From a plasmid: a stretch of 64,000 bases of DNA. The DNA lies in sequence record NZ_CP119397.1. One strand, 5' to 3'. The notes below the pieces were generated by a model that made no database searches, was not told the origin of the DNA, and saw only the letters and a list, made by a program, of their open reading frames with translations. Below are positions 36,231 to 46,723 of this stretch, one piece after another. Positions within the stretch are counted from its first letter, which is position 1. Every line of letters starts with the position of its first letter. Made by a program: the position numbers and the translations under genes.

Positions 36231-38117
36231 ATGTTGATGCATCACGATATGGAGACCTTCCGGGACAATGAGGGGTTCTGCGATCTGGGTGACTACGCCG
36301 CCGTGGGCGAGGGGCGCACGGTGGCGCTGCTGGCACCGGATGGCTCGGTAGACTGGTGGTGTGTGCCCGATCTGGATTCACCGCCGCTGTTCGACCGGCT
36401 GCTGGACAGCGGGCACGGCGGCTATTTTCAGATTACGCCGGATGAGCCGTACCGCATGACCCGGCACTACCGCGAAAACAGCAACGTGCTCGAAACCCTG
36501 TATGAAACCGCGAGCGGGCGGATAAAAATCACCGAATCCATCAACAGCACCCTGGCCGGCCCGCTGCCGTGGAATGAGCTGGCCCGCCGTATTGAGGGGC
36601 TGGAAGGGCGCGTCCCGGTGTCATTGCGGCTGAAAATCGGCACCGCCGCCGACACCCGCAGGCCGTGGGCGCACCACACTTCCCAGGGCACCGTCTGGAA
36701 TGTCGGCGCGCTGCTGCTGATGCTGCGCACCAGTGAGGAGATCAGGCACCATGCCGAGTGCGACGATGAAGGGACGCGTGCGGTGTTCACGGTGGCCGCA
36801 GGCGATCGTTACCTGGCGGCGCTGCTGGTCACGAAAGATGAGCCGCTGGCGGTGCCCTGTCTGGAGCGGATTGATGAGCGCATCGACACCAGCGATCTCG
36901 CCTGGCGGAGCTGGGTCGGCGGCTTGTGCTATGAGGGGAAATACCGGGACGCGGTGCGGCGTTCAGCGCTGGCGCTGAAATTCCTCTGGTACTCCCCGAC
37001 CGGGGCGCTGGCGGCGGCCGCGACCCTGGGCCTGCCCGAGGGCGAGGGCAATGACAAGAATTACGACTACCGCTACGCCTGGGTGCGTGATTCCTGCATG
37101 ATCATTAAATCGTTTATCTATATCGGCGCACTGGAGGACTGTAAGGCCGCTTTCTCCTGGCTGGCTGCCGCGCTGAACGCCAACGGCGGCGAGCTGCGTA
37201 CCTGTTTCCGGCTGGACGGCACCAGCGTGCCGGAGGAGCGGTTTGTGCCGGTGCAGGGGTATCGCGGTGCGCAACCGGTGCGGCTGGGGAACAATGCTGC
37301 CGATCAGCTTCAGCTGTGCAACTACGGCGATGTGTTGGACACCGCCGCCCGCTTTACCGAGGCGGGCCACGTGCTGGACCTGCACACCTCGCGGCTGCTG
37401 GGGCATCTGGCAAACCGCTGTGCGGATACCTGGCTGCAAAAGGATTGCGGCATCTGGGAGCTGCCGGAGATGCAGCACTATACCCAGTCCAAAATGGCCT
37501 GCTGGGTGGCGCTGAATCAGGCGGTGCGCCTGGCTGACGGCGGTTATATCGAACCCACCTGGGTAAAACGCTGGGAGCGGGAACGCGATCGCATCCGCGA
37601 CTGGATCGAAACCCATTGCTGGTCAGACGAACGCCAGGCGTACACCTTCTGGCCCGGCACCACGCGGCTGGATGCTTCCGTGGCGCTGATGCACCAGTAC
37701 GGCAAGCAGGTGTCCGAAAGCCGGATGCTCAGCACGCTGGACGCCCTGCGCGAGGAGCTGGGGGCGGACAATATGATGATCTACCGCTACTCCGATGTGC
37801 AAAAAGAGGAAAACACCTTTATTGCCTGTGCGTTCTGGATGGCGGAGGCGCTGGCGGTGCTGGGGCGGCATGACGAGGGGGAACACGCCATGCAGGTGGT
37901 GCTGGAGACGCTGAGCCAGGGGAAAAACGCCGGGATCATGAGCGAGATGTATAACGTCCATAAACAGAAATGCTGCGGGAATATGCCGCAGGGGCTGAGC
38001 CATCTCTCGGTGATCTGCGCATCCCATACCGTCTCGGCAGCCTGCATGGGCGGCGATGACTCTCAGCCGGGCGCCATCAGGGTCGGCTGCCTGGCGAACG
38101 GAAAAGATCACGACTGA
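36231..38117 (+). CDS. Glycoside hydrolase family 15 protein (glucoamylase / glucodextranase / trehalase-like).
   Basis: GH15 N-terminal pattern (GDYAAVGEGRTVALLAPDGSVDWWCVPDLDSP) and an (alpha/alpha)6 catalytic-region motif (YRYAWVRDS). The start was chosen at the AAGGA RBS. Confidence 0.75.
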   Translation: MLMHHDMETFRDNEGFCDLGDYAAVGEGRTVALLAPDGSVDWWCVPDLDSPPLFDRLLDSGHGGYFQITPDEPYRMTRHYRENSNVLETLYETASGRIKITESINSTLAGPLPWNELARRIEGLEGRVPVSLRLKIGTAADTRRPWAHHTSQGTVWNVGALLLMLRTSEEIRHHAECDDEGTRAVFTVAAGDRYLAALLVTKDEPLAVPCLERIDERIDTSDLAWRSWVGGLCYEGKYRDAVRRSALALKFLWYSPTGALAAAATLGLPEGEGNDKNYDYRYAWVRDSCMIIKSFIYIGALEDCKAAFSWLAAALNANGGELRTCFRLDGTSVPEERFVPVQGYRGAQPVRLGNNAADQLQLCNYGDVLDTAARFTEAGHVLDLHTSRLLGHLANRCADTWLQKDCGIWELPEMQHYTQSKMACWVALNQAVRLADGGYIEPTWVKRWERERDRIRDWIETHCWSDERQAYTFWPGTTRLDASVALMHQYGKQVSESRMLSTLDALREELGADNMMIYRYSDVQKEENTFIACAFWMAEALAVLGRHDEGEHAMQVVLETLSQGKNAGIMSEMYNVHKQKCCGNMPQGLSHLSVICASHTVSAACMGGDDSQPGAIRVGCLANGKDHD

Positions 38118-38175
38118 CGCCCGCGGGCGTCACCGTTTCCCCCGCTGCCCAGAGTAGCAGGGGGAAGCGGGGCAT

Positions 38176-39045
38176 TTAACGTTTTACCTGGCCGGTTAAC
38201 CAGAACTTTTTATACCGTGCCGGGGGAATGCCCACCAGGTTATGGAATATCCGGTGGAAATTATTGACGTTATCGTAGCCGACGGCATTCGCCACTTCCG
38301 TCACGCCTAAATCCGTGCTCAATAACAGCGATTGTGCTTCGCCAATACGGCGGCGGGTCTGGTACTGTTTCGGCGAATAACCGGAAAAGGCCTTAAACAC
38401 ATGGGCAAGATAAAACCGGTTCATCTCCAGGGCGGAGGTCATTGCCGTGAAAGAGAGCTCATCCTTGTAATGCTCATCAATAAAGTTTTTAATTTTCTGG
38501 CCTAATGCCAGGGTGGGGCTTTCATACGTCTGGTGGTGTTCAATCCAGAGTCCCCGGCACATAAGAAGTAATGCACTCAACAGGCTGTTTGCTATATCAC
38601 TGGAGTAAGGTTTATTACTGCCGGCGTGATGCCACATCTGATAAAAAATATGCCGGATTTCATCACAATGTTCCCCGCCCGGCATCACAGCCATCTGGCC
38701 GCGTGGTGTCAGCGTATTTAAGGGTAACCCCTCAAATTTCAGCTGTTCGACACCGCAGCTGAATATCAGTAAATCATCGGAAGGATAAGGGTTTTCATCA
38801 TGCAAAATACCGGCATTAAACAGCAGTAAATCCCCCTGTTTTACCGGATAGCTCTGCCCATCGATGTTATACATCCCGCTGCCCTGCGTAATAAACAGCA
38901 GTTCAAAACGCTCGTCATGTTTATGCATCACCCTCGGGGTTGCGGCCTCACGGCCTTCCGCTTTACAGATAAACATCAGCCTGGGTCTGAAGCCATTCTC
39001 ATATCCGCCCGACACAGGATGTTCATTCACGCAGAATGTCAGCAT
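38176..39045 (-). CDS. AraC-family transcriptional regulator (cupin N-terminus).
   Basis: C-terminal AraC HTH (FTAMTSALEMNRFYLAHVFKAFSGYSPKQY). AAGGGAG RBS before the ATG at 39045. Confidence 0.8.
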   Translation of the reverse strand: MLTFCVNEHPVSGGYENGFRPRLMFICKAEGREAATPRVMHKHDERFELLFITQGSGMYNIDGQSYPVKQGDLLLFNAGILHDENPYPSDDLLIFSCGVEQLKFEGLPLNTLTPRGQMAVMPGGEHCDEIRHIFYQMWHHAGSNKPYSSDIANSLLSALLLMCRGLWIEHHQTYESPTLALGQKIKNFIDEHYKDELSFTAMTSALEMNRFYLAHVFKAFSGYSPKQYQTRRRIGEAQSLLLSTDLGVTEVANAVGYDNVNNFHRIFHNLVGIPPARYKKFWLTGQVKR

Positions 39046-39955
39046 GGTTTCTCCCTTAACGTTCAGCGCTATTCTTGCACTGCCACGCCGGGCAGTAGTC
39101 ATCAAATTTGCTTTTTACTAAAATTTAATTAACTGATTTATAACAACTTGGTGAATTTATTTATACCAAAAAGGATGATTTTTGCTTTGCGAAAATCTTG
39201 CTGCCGCTTATTTATGATCTGGGTCACATTTTTACTGCTATGAAAAAACCTTTCCGCTTTTGCCCTCTCTTGCCTGAGAAAAACCACGTTAAAAAATAGG
39301 GGGCAACACCGGGAAAAAAAGGCGCATTAATCGCATGGTTAATGAAGTGGGAAAAGGCGGTTTCTCTTCAAAACAGCATAAAGGGGCCTGTTAGCGTTAC
39401 CGTGGAATAAGAGACTTTCTATTCCAGGCAGGGGAGCGCTCCTGATAGTGATATTTGATAAATCCCCCTGATAAAGCAGGAGTCATTATTTTATATGCTC
39501 AGGCCTGTGCGCCTATAAAAGCGGGACAGGGTGAAGAGAGTGCAGTCACGGGAAATATCTTCATTCTTGCTAAATCAATGATTAACTTCGCGCTTGTGAC
39601 CCACATCACTGAAACCGGCTTTCTTAATAAAAAAAATTGATCTCCTGCACGGTATGAAAATTTCGATCTCAATGAGAATGGTTTTTTATTTTCAATTGGG
39701 GGTAATCTTGTTTCATCCATTGCCGGAGCCGAATAAAAACGGGATTAACCACAGATAAGCCAGACAGGCGTTTTCCCCCGCAAAAGGTTGGCCTGGATGT
39801 TAATGCATTACCTTAAGGGTGGGTTATTTATCATGAGATGAACAGTAGGGTATTGCTTTATTACCTTGTGAAAGGAAAAGCCCACAGGCGTCACCCTGGC
39901 CACATTTATCATGCCTATGCCGGTTAACACCTTAAAAACCAGATGGGGTAGTAAC

Positions 39956-41383
39956 ATGTATAATAAAACTGACCTGCTTAATAGAACCACCCTGAAAAAC
40001 CCTGACCGAATGAAGTTTATTACGCTGGTGTCAACGATCGGCGGACTCTGCTTTGGCTATGATACCGGCGTAATATCCGGCGCGCTTATTTTCATGAAAG
40101 ATGATCTGGGTCTGACGCCGGTTCAGGAAGGGTTCATTACCTCCTTTCTTTTATTTGGTGCGGCATTAGGTTCCTTATTTGGCGGCTATTTGTCTGATAA
40201 GCAGGGGCGTCGCAAGAACCTGCTGTGGGTCGCCGCTATCTTTATTTTTGGTGCCCTCGGCACGGCCTGCGCGTGGGATGTGCCCTCGATGATCGTGGCG
40301 CGCTTTGTACTGGGGCTGGCTGTAGGCTGTGCGTCAGTCACCGTCCCTATTTACATTTCCGAACTGGCCAGGCCTGAACAGCGCGAACGTCTGGTCACCG
40401 TCAATGAGCTGATGATCGTCACCGGCCAGTTTCTGGCCTATACGGTGAATGCCGCTATCGTCAATCTCTATCCTGAAATGTCCCATAACTGGCGGATTAT
40501 GCTGGCAATCCCCGCGCTGCCCGGTGCGCTGTTATGGGTGGGTATGCTGATGATGCCGGAGTCACCCCGCTTCTTTATGCGGCGCGGAGAAACGGAAAAA
40601 GCGGTGAAGGTTCTGGAAACGCTGCGCTCGCCCGGCGAAGTACAGAAGGAAATCAAAGAGATTCAGAAAATCATCCAGATTGATTCCGTCAAGGTGAGTC
40701 TGTTTGAAGAGCTTAAAAAACCCTGGGTGATCCAACTTATCCTGATCGGCCTGATGATTGTGTTGGCGACGCGTGTCACAGGGGTGAATACCATTATGTA
40801 TTACGCGCCGACCGTACTGAAATCCACGGGCTTAGGCGATGCCGCCGCAGTCACCGGGGCGGTCGCTAACGGGGTGGTCTCTATTCTGGCCACGCTGATG
40901 GGTATGCTGTTAATCGGAAAGCACTCGCGCAGGAAAATGTTCTTTACCGGGCAGATCGGGGTGACCCTCAGCCTGATCCTGATTGGCGTTTCTTTTAAGG
41001 TCTTTTTCCATACCGAAACACTAAACGGCATCGAAAGTGTGCACGCTAATTTCGCCGGGGCAAGTTATATCATTCTCGGGTTAATGCTGGTGTTCCTGGT
41101 GTTTATGCAGGGGTGGATCGCCCCGGTATTCTGGTTGATGCTGGCGGAGATATACCCTCTGCGTATGCGTGGCCTGGGCATGGGGATCGCCGTTTTCGGC
41201 CTGTGGATATTCGACTTTATTATTCAGTCTGTTTTCCCCATTCTGTTGAATCATTATGGCGGCGGTATGACCTTCGGGTTCTTTGCGGCAACAAACGTCA
41301 TTATGCTTATTCTGCTGTTTAAATTCCTGCCCGAGACTCGTGGGCTTTCATTAGAACAAATTGAAAATAAATTCCGTTTCTGA
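39956..41383 (+). CDS. MFS sugar porter family transporter (IolT / myo-inositol transporter-like).
   Basis: Sugar-porter signatures (GYDTGVISGA, GRRK, PESPRF, PETRG). Confidence 0.85.
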   Translation: MYNKTDLLNRTTLKNPDRMKFITLVSTIGGLCFGYDTGVISGALIFMKDDLGLTPVQEGFITSFLLFGAALGSLFGGYLSDKQGRRKNLLWVAAIFIFGALGTACAWDVPSMIVARFVLGLAVGCASVTVPIYISELARPEQRERLVTVNELMIVTGQFLAYTVNAAIVNLYPEMSHNWRIMLAIPALPGALLWVGMLMMPESPRFFMRRGETEKAVKVLETLRSPGEVQKEIKEIQKIIQIDSVKVSLFEELKKPWVIQLILIGLMIVLATRVTGVNTIMYYAPTVLKSTGLGDAAAVTGAVANGVVSILATLMGMLLIGKHSRRKMFFTGQIGVTLSLILIGVSFKVFFHTETLNGIESVHANFAGASYIILGLMLVFLVFMQGWIAPVFWLMLAEIYPLRMRGLGMGIAVFGLWIFDFIIQSVFPILLNHYGGGMTFGFFAATNVIMLILLFKFLPETRGLSLEQIENKFRF

Positions 41384-41407
41384 TCCATGATAATGAGGTA
41401 AATAACC

Positions 41408-42433
41408 ATGTCGGTAAATATCGGATTAATTGGTTTAGGCATGATTGGCCGCGATCATTTGCAACGTTTCAAACAGGTCATCAACAATGCTAATGTCACT
41501 GCCATCTGCGATATCAACAGCGGTGTCGCCAATGCGCTGGCGCAGGAATATAACGTCACCCCTTTTTATGATGCCATTGAGATGATCAATTCAGAGTTGG
41601 TTGATGCGGTATTTATCTGTTCCATCGGCCCGGTGCATAAAGAGCAAATCCTGGCGGCCATTAAAGCCGGGAAACCTGTCTTTTGTGAAAAACCGCTCAC
41701 CCCCACCGCGATTGACGCCAGGGAAATTATTGAAGCCGAAGTCAGCTATGGTAAGCGGTTGCTGCAACTTGGCTTTATGCGACGTTTTGACCCAGGTTAC
41801 CAGGCACTGAAACAGAGCATCGGGACGGGCGAGCTAGGCGAGATTTTACTGATGCATTGCGCGCACCGGAACCCGTCGGTGCCGGAAAGCTACACCCTTG
41901 AGATGGCAATAAACGACTCAGCGACCCATGAAATAGACATTATCCATTATCTGCTGAATGAAAATATTGTCTCTGTCCGGGTAGATAAGCCGCGCAAAAA
42001 AACCAGCCGGGCTTTAGGCCATTTGCAAGACCCGCTCATTGTTATTTTTGAAACCGAGTCGGGTGTCCGTATCGATGATGAGCTATTCGTTAACTGCCAC
42101 TATGGGTATGACATCCGCTGTGAAGTGATCGGCGAAAATGCCATCGCGAGCCTGACAGAACAAGCCCTGACCGTGACCCGTTCAGCCAATGGGGTGGGGC
42201 GGCATATCGCACAAAGTTGCATGGAACGCTTTGCCACCGCTTACGATCGCGAAGTACAGAATTTTGTAGATCGCGTAAAGAGCGGCAGCGGCATGACCGG
42301 CCCCTCGTCGTGGGATGGTTACCTGGTGGCGCTGGTGTGTGATGCCGGCATCGCCTCGCTGAACGATGGATTAAAACATGATGTCACCATCCCGGCGCGC
42401 CCGGCGTTATACCAGCCACTCTCAGAGAGTTAA
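41408..42433 (+). CDS. Gfo/Idh/MocA-family oxidoreductase (inositol 2-dehydrogenase IolG-like).
   Basis: Rossmann N-terminus (IGLIGLGMIGRDHL) and the EKP motif (FCEKPLT). Confidence 0.8.
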   Translation: MSVNIGLIGLGMIGRDHLQRFKQVINNANVTAICDINSGVANALAQEYNVTPFYDAIEMINSELVDAVFICSIGPVHKEQILAAIKAGKPVFCEKPLTPTAIDAREIIEAEVSYGKRLLQLGFMRRFDPGYQALKQSIGTGELGEILLMHCAHRNPSVPESYTLEMAINDSATHEIDIIHYLLNENIVSVRVDKPRKKTSRALGHLQDPLIVIFETESGVRIDDELFVNCHYGYDIRCEVIGENAIASLTEQALTVTRSANGVGRHIAQSCMERFATAYDREVQNFVDRVKSGSGMTGPSSWDGYLVALVCDAGIASLNDGLKHDVTIPARPALYQPLSES

Positions 42434-42507
42434 TCGTTTCACTCACGGAGCAGGGCAGGCACGTCGCGAGGGTTCGCCCGCGGCGTGGCATTGCACAGGA
42501 GCGGAAT

Positions 42508-42936
42508 ATGCTGAATTTGTCTGAAGAAAATATTTTTCTTAATTGCCGGGCACCGTCTAAAAAAGAAGCCATAAAAATCGCTGCTGACGCGCTCATTCAG
42601 AGCGGTTTTGCGAAAACGGGCTTTTTCGAGGCGATGATGGCACGTGAAAAGAGTGTATCGACCTATTTAGGGGCAGGCGTTGCATTACCTCACTGTGCGA
42701 AAGAGAACATCGATCTGGTCATTAAAACCGGCTTCCATCTATTCCAATTTCCTCAGGGCGTGAGCTGGGGAGCCGGGAAAGTCGCATTCGTGGTGGTGGC
42801 GGTCGCGGCGAAACATAACGAGCACCTTCAGGTGTTAGCGGATATCGCAGATTTATTGGGTGATGAATTAAAAACGACGCTCCTGGCGCAGGCAACCCGT
42901 AAAAAAGACTTTATTGAACAGTTTGAAAAACAGTGA
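42508..42936 (+). CDS. PTS EIIA component of the fructose/mannitol (PtsN-like) family, stand-alone.
   Basis: EIIA-2 fold pattern with the active-site His (GVALPHC). AGGAG RBS. Confidence 0.75.
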   Translation: MLNLSEENIFLNCRAPSKKEAIKIAADALIQSGFAKTGFFEAMMAREKSVSTYLGAGVALPHCAKENIDLVIKTGFHLFQFPQGVSWGAGKVAFVVVAVAAKHNEHLQVLADIADLLGDELKTTLLAQATRKKDFIEQFEKQ

Positions 42937-42995
42937 CGCCAGCGGCGTTACCCAGGCTGTTTAACAATGTAGACATGACTGATAAAGGATGACAC

Positions 42996-43937
42996 ATGAA
43001 ACTTGCGATCTGTACTGATGTGCTGGCGAACTTATCGTTTCCTGACATGCTGGATAAAGTGAAAAGCTACGGCATTACCGGCGTAGAAATGACCGCCGGG
43101 GGCTGGTCGCCCTGTCCGCACGTGAAAACGGAAGAACTGCTGGCGTCACCTGAAAAACTCACCGCTTTCCGCCAGGAACTGCAAACGCGCGAGATGAACA
43201 TTGTGGCGTTGAACTGTTCGGGTAACCCGCTCGCGCCGGGCGAGCTGGGGGAAAAACATACGCTGAGCAGCTATAAAACCGTAGAACTGGCCGGCAAACT
43301 GGGCGTGAAGAAAATCGTTATGATGAGCGGCCTGCCCGGCGGCGGACCAGGGGACAGCGTCCCGAACTGGATCACTTCTACGGTTTCCTGGCCGGATTAC
43401 ATGCCGGGTGTTATCGACTACCAATGGCACGAGGTGGCCATCCCCTGGTGGAAAGCCTTCACGCAGCACGCCCGGCAGCACGGCGTTGAACAGATTGCGC
43501 TTGAAGCGTTCCCCAGCCAGTTGGTGTACAACGCCGGCACTTTGCTGCGGCTGCGCAACAGCGTTGATGAGATGATCGGGATGAACCTTGACCCTTCCCA
43601 TCTTATCGTCATGGGCGCTGACCCGATTGCGGCGGCGCGCAAACTGGAGGGCGCGGTGTATCACGTGCATGGCAAGGATGCGCGCATTGAACGTGGCCTG
43701 GCGGAGATTGACGGGCTGCTGGAATACCAGCCGGTAACGAACACCAAAACGCGTACCTGGAACTATGTCGCCGTCGGCTGCGGCCAGGATTTGCAGTGGT
43801 GGAAGGAATTTTTCTCCGTGCTGCGTATGACCGGTTATGACGGTGATGTCTCGCTGGAGATGGAGGATTTGACCATGAGCGTGGAGGCAGGGTTGCAGAC
43901 GTCTATTGATGCCCTGAAGGCGAGCATCAGCCGCTGA
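42996..43937 (+). CDS. Sugar phosphate isomerase/epimerase (xylose isomerase-like TIM barrel, IolI-like).
   Basis: TIM-barrel AP-endonuclease-2 family pattern. AAGGA RBS. Confidence 0.8.
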   Translation: MKLAICTDVLANLSFPDMLDKVKSYGITGVEMTAGGWSPCPHVKTEELLASPEKLTAFRQELQTREMNIVALNCSGNPLAPGELGEKHTLSSYKTVELAGKLGVKKIVMMSGLPGGGPGDSVPNWITSTVSWPDYMPGVIDYQWHEVAIPWWKAFTQHARQHGVEQIALEAFPSQLVYNAGTLLRLRNSVDEMIGMNLDPSHLIVMGADPIAAARKLEGAVYHVHGKDARIERGLAEIDGLLEYQPVTNTKTRTWNYVAVGCGQDLQWWKEFFSVLRMTGYDGDVSLEMEDLTMSVEAGLQTSIDALKASISR

Positions 43938-44029
43938 CGGTTTATCCTTCGCCACAGCCTGCGGCTATCAGATATCAGGCTGTGGCGGGCAGGGTTTGTC
44001 TTATCATCTGGTGCAGTGCAGGCCCGTTT

Positions 44030-44458
44030 TCAGGGGGCAGCCAGCGGCTTAACAAACCGTTTCCTGACCTCGTGATAGCCATTGTCCTCATAGAATTTAT
44101 GGGCGCGGGTCCGGCGTTCGCTGCTGGAGAGTTCTATCTGCGTGCACCCCTGCTGGAGCGACAGCCGTTCCGCCTCTGCCAGCAAGGCCTGGCCGAGGCC
44201 TTCACCCCGGCAGGCCTCATCAATGACCAGCGCAGAAATCACAGCCCAGCGCCCCTCTTCATGCACGGGTGTTATAAAATGGATAACCACCACACCGCGC
44301 ACTACGCTTCCTGATTCCGCCACCAGAATGTCATCGCGCCCCTCGGCCTCCTTCAGACGGGCTTCAACGGTTTCCCGTTTCGTGTGATAGCCCAGCTGTA
44401 AGAACAGCGTCTGTAACCTCCCGATATCCTGTATCCCGGCTGATCGGATTAAAAACAT
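44030..44458 (-). CDS. GNAT-family N-acetyltransferase.
   Basis: Acetyl-CoA motif (RGEGLGQALL). GGGAGA RBS. Confidence 0.8.
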   Translation of the reverse strand: MFLIRSAGIQDIGRLQTLFLQLGYHTKRETVEARLKEAEGRDDILVAESGSVVRGVVVIHFITPVHEEGRWAVISALVIDEACRGEGLGQALLAEAERLSLQQGCTQIELSSSERRTRAHKFYEDNGYHEVRKRFVKPLAAP

Positions 44459-44583
44459 GCCTGTCTCCCTGTCTGATTAAAACAGCTTGTTAAACACCCG
44501 CTGCGCCTCATGACACTCTCTGGCCCGTTGGCGAGGCAATCAACCGATGAGCGTGAACCTGAAACGCATCACCTTTTGCTTAA

Positions 44584-44790
44584 CGGCCGGCGCGGCGATT
44601 CACATCGTTATCGGCAATTTTCTCCGCCAGGAAATCGATCAGCACCCGGCATTTCGGCGGCAGGAAACGGTTCGGGTGGTAGAGGATCCATGACATGCCG
44701 TAGTACGAGGTCTGGTAATCCCATTGCGGCAATACCTCGACGATCTGTTGGGCGGCCTGCTGATTGTCGGGGCGTTAGTATGGGCGACGC
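44584..44790 (-). pseudogene. C-terminal remnant of a LysR-family regulator gene.
   Basis: The minus strand encodes ...QWDYQTSYYGMSWILYHPNRFLPPKCRVLIDFLAEK..., a typical LysR C-terminus. No N-terminal HTH is present; an AT-rich islet lies upstream instead. Confidence 0.5.
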
Positions 44791-45205
44791 GCCCCCGCAG
44801 GGTGGCGGGGGCGGTGGTCAGTAATTGAGTGGCGGATTGGTGGGGAATTCAGAGAGATGACGTGCTCATAGTGTTACGCCGTTAAATAGCTGGCAGAGGA
44901 GGCAAAGAGGCACAATAAAAGGAAAGTACGGCCTTTGATATTAATTCGTCAGGGATGGGTGAAAAAATAATAGGGTATGTCTGTTTCTGGATCATTTAAA
45001 ACTAATGCAATAGGGCATGAAATTATTGCCATTATGTAACTTTTTATTAGGGTGAGATAATTATCACACTTTGACAGGGTCAGCGCTGGTATTAACCCCC
45101 TGTTTGGCTGAATAAATTAATTTTCAGGCGGCGAGCAGGTGATGTCTGAATCACCATGTCATTTTAATGAGATTGTTATAATAACTTTTGGAAAAAGGAT
45201 CTGCC

Positions 45206-45451
45206 ATGAGTGCGGTAAAAGCAAAAATCACCTCAATGCACCTGTATTACTCAGGATTTAGCTATGGATGGGTTGATGAGAATGGCGTCCAAAAATGGTC
45301 AACGCTGTCATTCTCTTCCGATCCGTCACCGGCTGATCAAGCGTTATATGCGACGCTCCCGCCTATGATTTCTGCTGCGTATCAAACCCAGCAGTGGGTA
45401 ATGATTGATGATTATGGCTGTGATATCGCGTTTGATCTCGCCATACAATAA
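45206..45451 (+). CDS. Small hypothetical protein (81 aa) in an AT-rich islet.
   Basis: AAAGGA RBS 6 nt upstream. Followed by a strong terminator. No recognisable domain. Confidence 0.4.
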   Translation: MSAVKAKITSMHLYYSGFSYGWVDENGVQKWSTLSFSSDPSPADQALYATLPPMISAAYQTQQWVMIDDYGCDIAFDLAIQ

Positions 45452-45479
45452 TGTGTGTGCCGATATAAGTGTCTGATGC

Positions 45480-45521
45480 GGGCTGTCATCAATTACCTGA
45501 TGACAGCCCGATGTGGTTTTT
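45480..45521. terminator. Rho-independent terminator (bidirectional).
   Basis: gggctgtcatca-attacc-tgatgacagccc forms a perfect 12-bp stem and is followed by gtggttttt. Confidence 0.6.
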
Positions 45522-45527
45522 AATGGG

Positions 45528-46699
45528 CTACATCCCGTGCAGCCTGCCCAGCAGCCCCATTCGCTCCGCGGCCAGGTCAGGGTTCACCAGCAACCCGGCC
45601 TCATCCGCCAGCCGGAACAGCGCGCTGTAGTGCGCCAGGCTGCGGGCGCTCTGCATACCAGCCAGCATCGTGAAGTGGTTCTGATGCCCGTTCAGCCAGG
45701 CGAGGAAGACAATCCCGGCTTTGTAATACTGGGTGGGCGCGGCGAACATATGGCGGGCCAGCGGCAGCGTCGGCGCGAGGATCTGCTGGTAGGTCTCCCG
45801 GTCGCCCTGCGCCAGCGCGTGCAACGCCCCGGCCGCCGCCGGGGCAATCGCGTCCAGAACCCCCAACAGCGCGTGGGAGTAGCCCCGGCTGTCCCCGGCG
45901 ATCAATTCGGGGTAGTTGAAATCGTCACCGGTATACATTTTTACCCGGCCGGGCAGGCGGCGGCGCATCGCGATCTCGCGATCTTTATCCAGCAGCGAAA
46001 TCTTGATGCCGTCGATACGTGCCTCATGGCGTTCAATCACCGACAGGCAAATCTCCATCGCGTCGTTGAGCCTGTCGGTGCCCCAGTAGCCGTGCAGCGC
46101 CGGGTCAAACATGTCACCGAGCCAGTGCAAAATCACCGGCTCCCGCACCTGCCGCAGGATGGCGTCATAGACCTGAAGGTAATCCTCCGGCCCCCTGGCG
46201 ATGGCCGCCAGCGCCCGGCTGGCCATCAGGATAATGCGCCCGCCGCAGGCTTCAATCGCCGCTACCTGCTGCTCATAGGCGTTAATCACCGCCGTCAGGG
46301 TCAGCCCGGTGAAGCCGGTCAGGTGATCGGTGCCTGCGCCGCAGGCGATGGCCACCCCCCGGAAAATCTTTCGCCTGGGCCACGCTGCGCTGGATCAGCA
46401 ACAGGCTGGTGGGCCAGTCCAGCCCCATGCCGCGCTGGGCGGTATCCATCGCTTCCGCCACGCCGAAACCCAGTGACATCAGGTGGCGGCGATAGGCCAG
46501 CGTGGCCTCCCAGTCGAGCGCCATATCGCGCGTCGGGTGCTGCATCTGCCGTGGGTCTGCGACCACATGGGCGGCGGCAAACACCTCACGGTTGAAGCGG
46601 GGCTGGGGCGGCACCTGCCAGCGCGGCGCGCCCTTGACGTCGTAACGGTAAACGTGGCCCTGGCTGTCCAGTAAATGCACGTGATTGCTGAGGGTCATG
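45528..46699 (-). pseudogene. DUF993-family (DapA-like TIM barrel) gene disrupted by a +1 frameshift in a G6 tract.
   Basis: Two overlapping ORFs (46282..46699 and 45528..46355). Deleting one G from the minus-strand GGGGGG at 46355-46360 restores a continuous ...AKDFPGVAIACGAGTDHLTG... reading frame. Confidence 0.65.
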
Positions 46700-46723
46700 A
46701 CAGGCTCCTTGGGGATCTGCGGG

